NCBI GenBank assembly: GCA_963677485.1
Contig: OY781964.1
Span: forward strand, 4,192,001-4,256,000
DNA from: Armatimonadota bacterium
GTDB lineage: Bacteria; Armatimonadota; HRBIN16
Direction of reading: 5' to 3'
Length of the DNA stretch: 64,000 bases
Positions 37,876 to 47,088 of the stretch are shown one piece after another (position 1 is the first letter of the stretch; the number at the start of each line of letters is the position of its first letter). The notes below the pieces were generated by a model, which saw only the letters and a list, made by a program, of their open reading frames with translations, was not told where the DNA came from and ran no database searches. Position numbers and translations under genes: made by a program.

Positions 37876-39954
37876 ATGGAAGAGACTGATATCATCAAGC
37901 GAGCGCAATCGGGTAGCCATCCGGCATTCGACCTGCTGGTAGACCGGTATTACCACATGGTGTATGGGATAGCATCCCGTATGTCTGGCAATGCAGTCGA
38001 TGCCGATGAGTTGACCCACGATATCTTCGTTGAGGCTTACCTGAAAATCGGGCAGATCAAGAACCACGAAAGGTTCGGGGGCTGGCTGAAGGTACTGGCG
38101 ATGAACACCTGCCGAATGTGGATCAGACACCGGCGTCGATTGCAGACTGTGCCTCTCAACGATGAAATACTCGTGAGTGTGGATGAACCAAGCAGATGGT
38201 ATGGCCATATTTATAGCGGTATGTCACGTCTGACGGCAGCCCACCGCATGGTGTTAGCTCTTCACTACTTTGAGGGACTGCTATATGCCGATATCGCCAG
38301 GTTCCTTGATGTGCCGACAGGCACAGTGATGAGCCGTCTGAGCCGTGCCCGCAAGTTGTTGAAGGAGGAAATAGAAATGGAAAATGCTGACTGTGACCAT
38401 ACGGAGATCGCAGACATTCGGATTAAGGAAGAGATTCAAGCGGAGGTCGCCTTATTGCTGTCAATGAGGGGCGTCAAGAGTGCCACCGGTACGCGACTGA
38501 GGGCGGTGTTTGAGAAGTCCCCAGAACGACTGACACTGATGCTTGACGACGCATCAGATTCGGTGTTGACGAACATCGCGATGGTGCTGCCGCGACTGAG
38601 CGCAGATGCCTGTCATGCGGTCTTTCGAGAGTGCTTCTCCAGTTCACCGATGCGTGCAGACCGGGCCCGCGTGGTGTTGCGTGAGTATATGAAGTTGTGT
38701 GAGCCAGAATCGGTGCCCGGTGCGGAGCTACACATGGCCTCATATCGGGCGTATGAGCTGGTTTACCGTCTGCTGAATTCGGATATGGTGACCTCAATGA
38801 AACTCAGCCTGCTGATGTTGTGCTCAGAGGAAGCACACGACCAAGCCGCCAGAGCACTATTCATCAGCACGATGTGTCTGTATGGCGATGAGGCATTTGA
38901 GACGTTATGGAGCCAGTATATGGCCCCCTCAACTCATGGTGAGCAATGGGTGAAACACGCACTAGCTCGGTTCGGAACGCGGTTTTTGAACCGTGTATCC
39001 GAATTGGTTAAAAGTGAGCAGCCGGAGATGCTGTTGAAAGGGCTTACGGGATTTGAACTGATCGTCCGGTCTATGAAACACCCGTGGAGTGTGGATGCTT
39101 CCGCTCAGAAACTGAACCACGAACGGCGAATCGCCGTGAAGTATCCAGCCCTATCGCCAGATGATCTCGATGGCGATGTGCTTCAATCGACAGCAGACCA
39201 GATAGCACTATTGACTGAGAGTCCGAGTGTTGAGGTCCGTGATTACTGCATACGGATACTCGCCATACTGAAGAATGACCGTTACACCAGTCATATTCGG
39301 CGCGGGTTGGCAAGCGACACTTTGTCGACAATGTTATGTGCAATCCGCGCTGTGGCTGACATTGGTGATGTCGAATCGGTGAGTATATTAACCGAGATGC
39401 TCAACAAGGTGAGTGTCGATGAGCAGGTGGCCTGCCTTGATGCCTTGGGAGCTATGGGCGTAGCTGATGCTGTACCAAATATCGCAGCACTAGTGGATGA
39501 CCCACATGAGGTTGTGAGAGCCTCTGCTGTGGCAGCCTTGGGCGGGATAGCCACTGCTGAAGCAAAGCTGATACTGTCGGGTCTGATGTCCACGGGCGAA
39601 GCCGCCACAAGAAGACTTGCTGCAAAAGCCTTGTATGGTGGGGAAACCCCTCGTCAAGCACCTCTGTCAGAGGTCCAGCGTCGTCTGGCGGAGAAACGCA
39701 AGCGGATGGTTCAGCCAGTTTGCTTCATTTCGCTTGATGCCGTAATGCGTTACGGATTGCCAGAGCTGCGCATCTACGATGAGAAAGAGCTGACCGAACG
39801 AATTGCCTGTGTATGCGAGGACTACTGCGCCGCACGCAGATACCTTGTTGAATACAGGCTGATGAACCGAGATAACGGACGCTACAGTTTCACACCACAG
39901 GGTGAGAGGATGTGGCATGTAGAACAAGCGATCATGAATGGGGTTGAGATATGA
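37876..39954 (+). CDS. ECF sigma factor fused to HEAT repeats and a DUF2087-like C-terminal domain
   Basis: Sigma region 2 (DADELTHDIF..FGGWL), region 4 (GTVMSRLSRAR), HEAT-like DDPHEVVRASAVAALG, and tail YDEKEL...DYCAARRYLVEYRLMNR. Confidence 0.8.
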   Translation: MEETDIIKRAQSGSHPAFDLLVDRYYHMVYGIASRMSGNAVDADELTHDIFVEAYLKIGQIKNHERFGGWLKVLAMNTCRMWIRHRRRLQTVPLNDEILVSVDEPSRWYGHIYSGMSRLTAAHRMVLALHYFEGLLYADIARFLDVPTGTVMSRLSRARKLLKEEIEMENADCDHTEIADIRIKEEIQAEVALLLSMRGVKSATGTRLRAVFEKSPERLTLMLDDASDSVLTNIAMVLPRLSADACHAVFRECFSSSPMRADRARVVLREYMKLCEPESVPGAELHMASYRAYELVYRLLNSDMVTSMKLSLLMLCSEEAHDQAARALFISTMCLYGDEAFETLWSQYMAPSTHGEQWVKHALARFGTRFLNRVSELVKSEQPEMLLKGLTGFELIVRSMKHPWSVDASAQKLNHERRIAVKYPALSPDDLDGDVLQSTADQIALLTESPSVEVRDYCIRILAILKNDRYTSHIRRGLASDTLSTMLCAIRAVADIGDVESVSILTEMLNKVSVDEQVACLDALGAMGVADAVPNIAALVDDPHEVVRASAVAALGGIATAEAKLILSGLMSTGEAATRRLAAKALYGGETPRQAPLSEVQRRLAEKRKRMVQPVCFISLDAVMRYGLPELRIYDEKELTERIACVCEDYCAARRYLVEYRLMNRDNGRYSFTPQGERMWHVEQAIMNGVEI

Positions 39955-40667
39955 ATATCCTGGTAGTCAATGGTAGTCCGCGTGGAGCACATGGAAACAC
40001 TGAGGTGTTGATCCATGCGTTCCTGGCGGGGGCTGTATCGGAAGGCGATACCGTCAGCAGTATCGAATTGAAAGACAAGAAGATAGAACACTGTAAGGGT
40101 TGCTTTACCTGCTGGACGACCACCCCCGGTATTTGCTGTCAGCATGATGATATGGAGCAAATACTGAACAGCGGCACGAGCGTCGATATCCTGGTGCTTG
40201 GCAGCCCGCTCTATATCTACAACTTCAGCGGGTTAATGAAGGACTTCATGGATCGACTGCTGCCGACGGCCCAGCCATTTATCGATGTCAACAATGGTGT
40301 GAGCACTCATCCATCGCGGTATGCTCATTTCAAGCCTAAGGCGATTGTGTTGGTCTCAAATAGCGGTTTTCCAGAGGTGAGCCATTTCGACGGAATGAAG
40401 CAGGTTTTTCGCCAGAGTTTCGGCGTGGCCAGCCCGATGATCTGCTGTGCCGGAGGGGCGATGTTGGCAAATCCTGCCCTGCGAAGCTCCGTTCACTGGT
40501 ATCTGCAGGCAGTTCAGGAGGCTGGACGGCAGGTGGCTGAGACGGGTTCTATCAACTCGGAAACTCAATCGATCCTCGATCGGCCCTTGGTTGATGATTC
40601 AGCAGCATACGCAGAGCGGCTGAACAGTCACTGGGAATCACTGGGTCTGACCAGGCTGCCATCATAA
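39951..40667 (+). CDS. Flavodoxin-family iron-sulfur flavoprotein
   Basis: NGSPR...GNT, CKGCFTCW....C and LGSPLY...MKDFMDR motifs; ATGA overlap with the sigma gene. Confidence 0.85.
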   Translation: MNILVVNGSPRGAHGNTEVLIHAFLAGAVSEGDTVSSIELKDKKIEHCKGCFTCWTTTPGICCQHDDMEQILNSGTSVDILVLGSPLYIYNFSGLMKDFMDRLLPTAQPFIDVNNGVSTHPSRYAHFKPKAIVLVSNSGFPEVSHFDGMKQVFRQSFGVASPMICCAGGAMLANPALRSSVHWYLQAVQEAGRQVAETGSINSETQSILDRPLVDDSAAYAERLNSHWESLGLTRLPS

Positions 40668-40704
40668 ACAAAATCCCCGGTAAGCTATCAGCTTGCCGGG
40701 GATT
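40667..40704. terminator. Terminator between convergent genes
   Basis: AATCCCCGGTAAGC...GCTTGCCGGGGATT with an A-run on the left (U-tract for the minus strand). Confidence 0.75.
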
Positions 40705-40728
40705 AGAATTGTCAGCCGTGGTTTGGCC

Positions 40729-41274
40729 TTAGAAGCGGTAACCGACCTTAATACCCCAACCGTCATCAAGTGCGTTGTCATTCAGCACATTCCAGTTGAT
40801 TTCGGCCCGCCAAAAATCAGCGCGATATCCCAGGGCGATTGACCCTACGAGCTTCGTGTTGTTTCGTGTGTCGCCGTTTAGGTCCATGTGGCTGTAGCTA
40901 ATACCGAGGGCTGGTGCTGCATATACTGTGCCGTCTGTATTGAGGGCATAGCGTAGTCCAACCATAGGGGCCACTCGATAGGCTTGCGTACTGACCTTGG
41001 TTAGTGGGAAGGTGATCATCTCTTCTTTTACTGTAAAGAAGTCCGCTTCTACACTCAGGAAATAGTCGACTGCAGGGTTCTGCTTGAAAGTGTAGCTGCC
41101 AGTCAGCGAAACACCGGCGTCAGCCTTGATAGTAGAGCCTATATGGGTTTCATCAAGTGAGCTTTGATACATACCTATAGAGGCTACCCAGGGTTTTTCG
41201 ATATCCTGAGCGAAAGCGGCACATACGGAGCCTAACATCGCTCCTGCTACTAGAACGGCGGTGATCTTGTTCAT
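40729..41274 (-). CDS. Small outer-membrane beta-barrel protein
   Basis: Signal peptide, alternating beta strands, C-terminal GIKVGYRF; AGGAGG RBS. Confidence 0.75.
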   Translation of the reverse strand: MNKITAVLVAGAMLGSVCAAFAQDIEKPWVASIGMYQSSLDETHIGSTIKADAGVSLTGSYTFKQNPAVDYFLSVEADFFTVKEEMITFPLTKVSTQAYRVAPMVGLRYALNTDGTVYAAPALGISYSHMDLNGDTRNNTKLVGSIALGYRADFWRAEINWNVLNDNALDDGWGIKVGYRF

Positions 41275-41563
41275 ACGTTCCTCCTGTAAGGACAATGGTA
41301 TACCAGATGGATGAATGCGTATTCCATCTCTTCATTTATACCCTATATGTAAACATCAATACAGCATTATTAACGGGATTACCCGCATTGGCGTATATGT
41401 ATTTGCGTGATTCGGCTTGTCATTGTCTTGTTCCGGAGCTTTTGTATCACTCAGAGATGCTTTTCCGATAGAGTTGCAGATGCTCGCGTGAAAGGCTATA
41501 GTAGAATTGAGCGTCAGATGCTTGGCGCAAAGTCGTATGAAGTTACTATTGAGAGGTGTTCCT

Positions 41564-42652
41564 ATGAAACGGAGTGTGATCTCCCATGTTATGATGGGGG
41601 TAATCTGCGCGGGTGTTGTGATACCTGCTCTTGCTCAAACCCCTGCTGAGCCGCCCGCTGCCGCCGCACCGGCACCCGCCGCTGCAGCACCTGCAGCTGC
41701 TGCTCAGGCGGCCCCTGCACCAGCCACACCGGCTGGCACGGAGACGGTCATCGCTCCTGCACCAGCCGATGCAGCGGCACCGGTGGTTTCTTCTGAAGCC
41801 CAATCGTTGGTTGCCGATGTGAAACCTGCGGCTCCGATGTTGGTTGTGGCAGGGTTTAAAATGCCTCAAAACACCTCTCTGAGTGAAATAGTGTTGTCTG
41901 AAATTTGGGATAGCCTGTCAAGCAGTAAGCGTTTCCGGATGCCTGACCGTGGCGATACTGCCAAAATGATCAGCGATATGCAAATCGCCAACTCCGCGCT
42001 TGTGGAGAAGGCCTCCGCCATCGCCATCGGCAAGAAGCTGGGTGCCGACTATGTGATGTATGGCGAAGTAGTGCGGATGGATCGTGAAATCTTAACTCTG
42101 GCTGGCGATAACAACACCAAACGCTACCTGACCAGGGCCTACCTGACAGTGGATTGGAGCGTTGTGCAGGTTTCCAGCGGATTAGTGGTATTGAACCAGC
42201 GCATCATCCGCACAAATGAAAAAGGCGGCAGCTTTATCGACGCCTCATCACTATATCAGCGGTGTGCACTTGTCGCTTCCGACATCTATGTTCGTGCTCT
42301 GCAGGAAGCATTACCCATCAAAGCCACGGTGCTGAAGGTGACCGTTGGTAAGAATGGTATTATCCTGGTCGATATCGGCAGTCGACAGGGCGTCACAAAT
42401 GACTATGATTTCAATCTGTTTACCTTTGAACCAGTAGCGTTGCCAGACGGCAGGATGATCAACAAGCAAGTCGATCTTTTCCTGCTGCGCCCAGCGACCA
42501 TTCAACCGAACCTAAGTGAGTTGAGAGCTGGTCGGTATAGCCGTGCTGCTCTGGGGCTGGGATGGAAGTGGGACGATAAGCTGACCGAGAAAGCTCAAGT
42601 CGGTTACTATGTTGAAACACGGTTGCGCGTAAAAGAGGGTCTATTGAAGTAG
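41564..42652 (+). CDS. Secreted CsgG/FlgT-like (TolB_N fold) protein with Ala/Pro linker
   Basis: Signal peptide, AP-rich linker, AIAIGKKLGADYVMYG and VDIGSRQGV motifs. Confidence 0.6.
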   Translation: MKRSVISHVMMGVICAGVVIPALAQTPAEPPAAAAPAPAAAAPAAAAQAAPAPATPAGTETVIAPAPADAAAPVVSSEAQSLVADVKPAAPMLVVAGFKMPQNTSLSEIVLSEIWDSLSSSKRFRMPDRGDTAKMISDMQIANSALVEKASAIAIGKKLGADYVMYGEVVRMDREILTLAGDNNTKRYLTRAYLTVDWSVVQVSSGLVVLNQRIIRTNEKGGSFIDASSLYQRCALVASDIYVRALQEALPIKATVLKVTVGKNGIILVDIGSRQGVTNDYDFNLFTFEPVALPDGRMINKQVDLFLLRPATIQPNLSELRAGRYSRAALGLGWKWDDKLTEKAQVGYYVETRLRVKEGLLK

Positions 42653-42677
42653 GCTTTCCCAGAACTACCATGCTGAT

Positions 42678-42714
42678 ATGAGGCGGTAACTGATCAAGTT
42701 ACCGCCTCATTTTT
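42678..42714 (+). terminator. Rho-independent terminator
   Basis: ATGAGGCGGTAAC...GTTACCGCCTCAT-TTTT. Confidence 0.85.
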
Positions 42715-42771
42715 GTGGCAAGAGGGGAGACATGCGAATTATTGGATCGTGGATTTCGCTGTCATACTAAG

Positions 42772-44484
42772 CTATTTTGTGCAGTATAAGCTCCACTTAC
42801 CTGAAAGACGAAGCCTCTCCAACTCGATCGCCTGGTTGCCGGGAGCGGTCAACAACTCACCATCCGGAGCCATCCATAGCTTGATTGCGAATGGAACCTT
42901 CTGGGTGGATTTTTGCATGATCACATAGCTCTTGTTAGTCTTGCTGAGCACGGGATACGCCTCGCTGCCCAGATCGGTTTCACTCACATGATCGGCATTT
43001 CCCGCCACATACAGGCAGGACGGTCGCCGAGGCTCCAGCGCCAGCAGAACCAGGTTGGAACTGCCTGCATCAAGCTCAGGTTTCGCAAGAGCAACCAGGC
43101 TGTGCAGTGGTTCTATGTCGATCTTGTTCCAGGCGGGCAGTGCGATGGCGACGATCACGCTGGTCAGCAACATGCAAAATAGCGTTGCTTTAGCCGTAAA
43201 TGAAGGCACCTTGGTGGCGCCCATCGCGGTACCAAGGCAGCCGATGACATAGCAGGCACCAATCGCCAGAGCGCTAAGCCCCATTCCTGAGGCGATCGGA
43301 ACCACGTCAGCTGGTATCTTCATGCCAAACAGGGGGCTGTCCGGCGACATCGAAATCAACAGACTGGTGATCCCAGCGGCGAAAAAGAGAAATCCGAAGA
43401 AGATACCGGCGAAACCTATGATGCCGATTTCCCATTTTTTTAGGGCACCAGCAGAATGCCAGTTCGCCACAAGGTGATTCGCGACAAGCAGGCATAACGC
43501 AGGAATGACCGGCACAATATAGCCCGGCAGTTTGCTTTTGCTGATTGAGTAAAACACCAACACCACTGCCGCCCAGAGGGCCCATATCGCCACGGGGCTT
43601 CGGTTATCTTTGTCGAAAATCTTCCGCATATAACTCCACCAGATGCGGGGAGCGAGGGCGATGTAGGGGAGCATCCCTACCAGCAGCATGGGGATGTAGG
43701 CCCAGAAGGGCGCATTATGCCCGAAATCTTTACCTTCGAACCGCTGTATGTGGTGGTGGATGATATATTCCTGAACAAAGGCGTGGCCATTGGCCATATA
43801 CACGGCGATATGCCAGGGCAGCACAATGATAGATAATAACAGCAGGCAACCAAGCCATGGCACTCGGGCCAGCTCTTTCCAGTCCCGTTTGAATGAAACC
43901 AGCGCGAGCAGTGTCAAGCCCGGTAGCACCAATCCCGGCAGACCTTTGGTCATCATCGCCAAACCGACCCCTGCGGCTGCGAGATAATACCAGCGGCGGT
44001 CCACACGGATGGCCTCGATAATCCCAATGATCGCCATTGTTAAAAAGAATGTGAGCATGCTGTCCATCACGGCCTGCCGGGCCACCACTGTGCATAACAG
44101 ACTGCTCATTGTAAACAACCCTGCCAGCCAGCCTACCTGTGCACGTCCAGCCCGTTTGGACCACCACCAGAGCAACGCGGCGGTGCCCACCATAGCCAGT
44201 GCTGAGGGCAGTCTGGCTGCGAGTGGCGTGAAGCCGATGAACTTCATGCTGAGCGCCTGCGCCCAGTAGGTGAGAGGGGGTTTGTCGAAAAAGAGCCCAT
44301 GCCCCACACGCGGGGTGATGAAGTCGCCAGACTCCAGCATCTGCCGTGAGCATGTGGCATATAACCCTTCGTCAAGGTCAAATAGCCCGATTGCATTTAA
44401 CGCGCTCAGGCTGCATACAAAGGCCACAATGGCGAAGAGGATAAGGTGCATATTGTTTTTGATAACTGAGGGCGTGTGTTTCAT
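42772..44484 (-). CDS. ArnT-family (GT39/GT83) membrane glycosyltransferase
   Basis: DLDEGLY, FFDKPPL.YW, ARLPSAL, TKG and SKSKLPGYIVP motifs. Confidence 0.88.
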   Translation of the reverse strand: MKHTPSVIKNNMHLILFAIVAFVCSLSALNAIGLFDLDEGLYATCSRQMLESGDFITPRVGHGLFFDKPPLTYWAQALSMKFIGFTPLAARLPSALAMVGTAALLWWWSKRAGRAQVGWLAGLFTMSSLLCTVVARQAVMDSMLTFFLTMAIIGIIEAIRVDRRWYYLAAAGVGLAMMTKGLPGLVLPGLTLLALVSFKRDWKELARVPWLGCLLLLSIIVLPWHIAVYMANGHAFVQEYIIHHHIQRFEGKDFGHNAPFWAYIPMLLVGMLPYIALAPRIWWSYMRKIFDKDNRSPVAIWALWAAVVLVFYSISKSKLPGYIVPVIPALCLLVANHLVANWHSAGALKKWEIGIIGFAGIFFGFLFFAAGITSLLISMSPDSPLFGMKIPADVVPIASGMGLSALAIGACYVIGCLGTAMGATKVPSFTAKATLFCMLLTSVIVAIALPAWNKIDIEPLHSLVALAKPELDAGSSNLVLLALEPRRPSCLYVAGNADHVSETDLGSEAYPVLSKTNKSYVIMQKSTQKVPFAIKLWMAPDGELLTAPGNQAIELERLRLSGKWSLYCTK

Positions 44485-44534
44485 GAGGCTCCCTTGAGCA
44501 GTGCATAGCGTATTTGGTGCCAAGGAGATTCTAC

Positions 44535-44561
44535 CGGAGCGGGTCTAGATAAGCCAGAATG
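44535..44561 (+). repeat. 27-bp direct repeat, copy 1 (upstream of RCC1 gene 1)
   Basis: CGGAGCGGGTCTAGATAAGCCAGAATG, identical at 52004-52030. Confidence 0.9.
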
Positions 44562-44657
44562 GGTATTTGTGGGCAATCACCGGCTGTAACGAACGATGCC
44601 GATATCCGTAAAAATGCCAGTTTATGATCAACGTTCCAATATTATGCGTACTAAATA

Positions 44658-44686
44658 TTGATATATCACTTCTTAAAAGGTACACT
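44658..44686 (+). promoter_or_regulatory. Putative sigma70 promoter of RCC1 gene 1
   Basis: TTGATA-N17-TACACT; homologous TTGATA-N18-TACATG at 52119-52148. Confidence 0.55.
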
Positions 44687-44770
44687 TTACGACATATATG
44701 CCGCAGGCATCGTAAGATTGGCTGCTTTTAAATGTGTTAGTGGCTAGAATGAAACGAACGGAGGCAACTC

Positions 44771-46942
44771 ATGAAATACTCAGCAACGCGGCTCGGAAAC
44801 GGTGCAATGGGATGGGTGGTGTGGTTATTGATGGTGGTGTGCGGCGTTTCTTGCCTGGCTCAGGGAGGCACCCTGGAGGGTTGGGGATACTATCGTCTGA
44901 TTCCCGGTGAACTGACAGGTTTTACGGCTGTGTCGGCAGGTTATACTCATGCGGCTGGCTTGAAACCTGACGGCTCAATTGTGTGCTGGGGTAGCAACGC
45001 AAATGGCCAATGCAGTGTACCAACACCAAACAGTGGCTTTGTGGCCGTATCCGCAGGTAATGAGTTCACTGTGGGGCTAAGGGCTGATGGGACGGTGGTC
45101 TGCTGGGGCTTGAATAATACAGGTCAGTGTAGTGTTCCTGCTCCGAACGACAGTTATACTGCAGTGTCGACAAATGGGAACCATACCGCCGGACTGAAGA
45201 GTGATGGCTCCGTGGTTTGTTGGGGGGCCAACGGCAGTGGACAGTGTACTGTGCCTGAGCCAAACACTAACTTCAAAGCCATATCAGCAGGTGCGTTTAC
45301 GACTGCCGGAGTCAAAGAGGACGGCTCCGTGGTGTTCTGGGGCGATAATAATGGAGCTCAGTGTAATTTACCTGCCACGAACGACTATGATGCAGTCTCT
45401 GTGGGTACTTGGTATACCATTGGATTGAGAAAGAACGGCTCCATCGTCGGTGTTGGCACCAACGGTTGGGGTGGGTGGGTAATCGACCCTGTGCCTAACA
45501 GCGGTTTTACAGCAGTCTCTGTTGGCAATAACCATCAGGTCGCGTTGAAGAGCAACGGATCCATCATTACTTTTGGCAGCCCCGAAGGAAATCGGTGGGG
45601 ACAATGTGATGTTCCTGGTCCGAATAGTGACTTTATCGCCGTTTCTGCAGGTGCCTTCTTTACCCTGGGACTGAAGTCAGATGGCACAGTAGTGTGCTGG
45701 GGGATGAACAACTACGGGCAATGCAACGGGCCGATGCCCAACCGAGATTTCGTCTCCATAATGGCGAACGAAAATCATAGTATCGGGTTGAAACCTAACG
45801 GTACGATCGTCTGCTGGGGTGACAGCGATAACGCATTGGCGCATATGCCGACATCCAATAGTGACATCATCTCCGTTGCCGCAGGCTGGGGCGCGGGTGC
45901 GGATTCATATGGGCACAGCGCTGTTCTCAAGGCAAATGGATCGATCTACTGTTGGGGAAACAATGGGGAGGGGCAGTGTAATACTCCAGAACCAAACAGT
46001 GGGTTTGTATCTGTCTCGGCGGGATACAGAAATACTGCAGGGGTCAAAAGAGACGGATCCATTATCTGCTGGGGTTTCAACCACTATGGCGCTTGCAATG
46101 TGCCCGAACCGAACACGGATTTCGCTGCGGTGGCTATTAACTCCAACAATGCAGTAGGGTTGAAGCGCAATGGATCGGTCGTTGGCTGGGGCAGCCCCTT
46201 CACCGGGGTCAACACAGTGCCAGAGCCCAACAGCGGCTACATTGCGATTGCCGCAGGCCCCGCTTTCGCTGTGGGACTGAAACGCGATGGAACGATTGTT
46301 GGTTGGGGAGACAATGGAAGTGGGCAATGTAATGTTCCTGAGCCTAACCAGGACTTCATTGCGGTATCCACCTGCGGCGGGACAGTGGCCGGGCTTAAGA
46401 GTGACGGTTCGATCGTCTGCTGGGGCGACAACACCTATGGTCAATGCATTGTTCCTTCACCAAACAGCGGCTTCATCTCAGTATCTACCGGCCGGTGGCA
46501 TACGGTGGGACTCCGGGGTGGGCATGGTATATCGGGCACATCGACTCTGGGTAATCTGATAGGTGACATCACCCGCCAGCAGCTCACGGCGGATTTGAGC
46601 AGCATGAGCAACTTGAATGTCACTCAGATCTTGCCCTTCCACCCGAAGAGCGATGGTAGTTTCGCCCTTCACAGCTACTTGGAACCACCGTACCAAGTGC
46701 GACTCACCAGCCCACATTACCTGGCTCTGCAAATCCCCAACGTCGATGCCAACACAGGCCTCAACTTCGCCCTCGTCAACGGCGATGCGGATGGCGACGG
46801 GCAGGTCAACCTGTTCGACTTCGTGGTGTTGGACCAGAACTTCGGCAAGATCAATGCGATGGCCGACTTGGACGGCGACGGGCAGGTGAACCTGTTTGAC
46901 TACGTGGTCATCGACCAGAACTTCGGAGCGAAGGGCGATTAA
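44771..46942 (+). CDS. Secreted RCC1-repeat protein with dockerin-like C-terminal domain (copy 1)
   Basis: Signal peptide; about 39-aa repeats of AVSAG..H..GLK.DGS.VCWG.N..GQC.VP.PN; duplicated D.DGDGQVNLFD tail. Confidence 0.88.
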   Translation: MKYSATRLGNGAMGWVVWLLMVVCGVSCLAQGGTLEGWGYYRLIPGELTGFTAVSAGYTHAAGLKPDGSIVCWGSNANGQCSVPTPNSGFVAVSAGNEFTVGLRADGTVVCWGLNNTGQCSVPAPNDSYTAVSTNGNHTAGLKSDGSVVCWGANGSGQCTVPEPNTNFKAISAGAFTTAGVKEDGSVVFWGDNNGAQCNLPATNDYDAVSVGTWYTIGLRKNGSIVGVGTNGWGGWVIDPVPNSGFTAVSVGNNHQVALKSNGSIITFGSPEGNRWGQCDVPGPNSDFIAVSAGAFFTLGLKSDGTVVCWGMNNYGQCNGPMPNRDFVSIMANENHSIGLKPNGTIVCWGDSDNALAHMPTSNSDIISVAAGWGAGADSYGHSAVLKANGSIYCWGNNGEGQCNTPEPNSGFVSVSAGYRNTAGVKRDGSIICWGFNHYGACNVPEPNTDFAAVAINSNNAVGLKRNGSVVGWGSPFTGVNTVPEPNSGYIAIAAGPAFAVGLKRDGTIVGWGDNGSGQCNVPEPNQDFIAVSTCGGTVAGLKSDGSIVCWGDNTYGQCIVPSPNSGFISVSTGRWHTVGLRGGHGISGTSTLGNLIGDITRQQLTADLSSMSNLNVTQILPFHPKSDGSFALHSYLEPPYQVRLTSPHYLALQIPNVDANTGLNFALVNGDADGDGQVNLFDFVVLDQNFGKINAMADLDGDGQVNLFDYVVIDQNFGAKGD

Positions 46943-47088
46943 ATCACCCATACACGCATGGAGCCAGAAGGCTCACACGTGTGCAGACGAATGGGGTGTG
47001 CCGAGATGGAGCGACCGGCTGGGTTCACCCCAATAGTTGAATGATGTAATTCGTGTATATGGCCGTGGGATGGCCAGGAGGCTAACAT

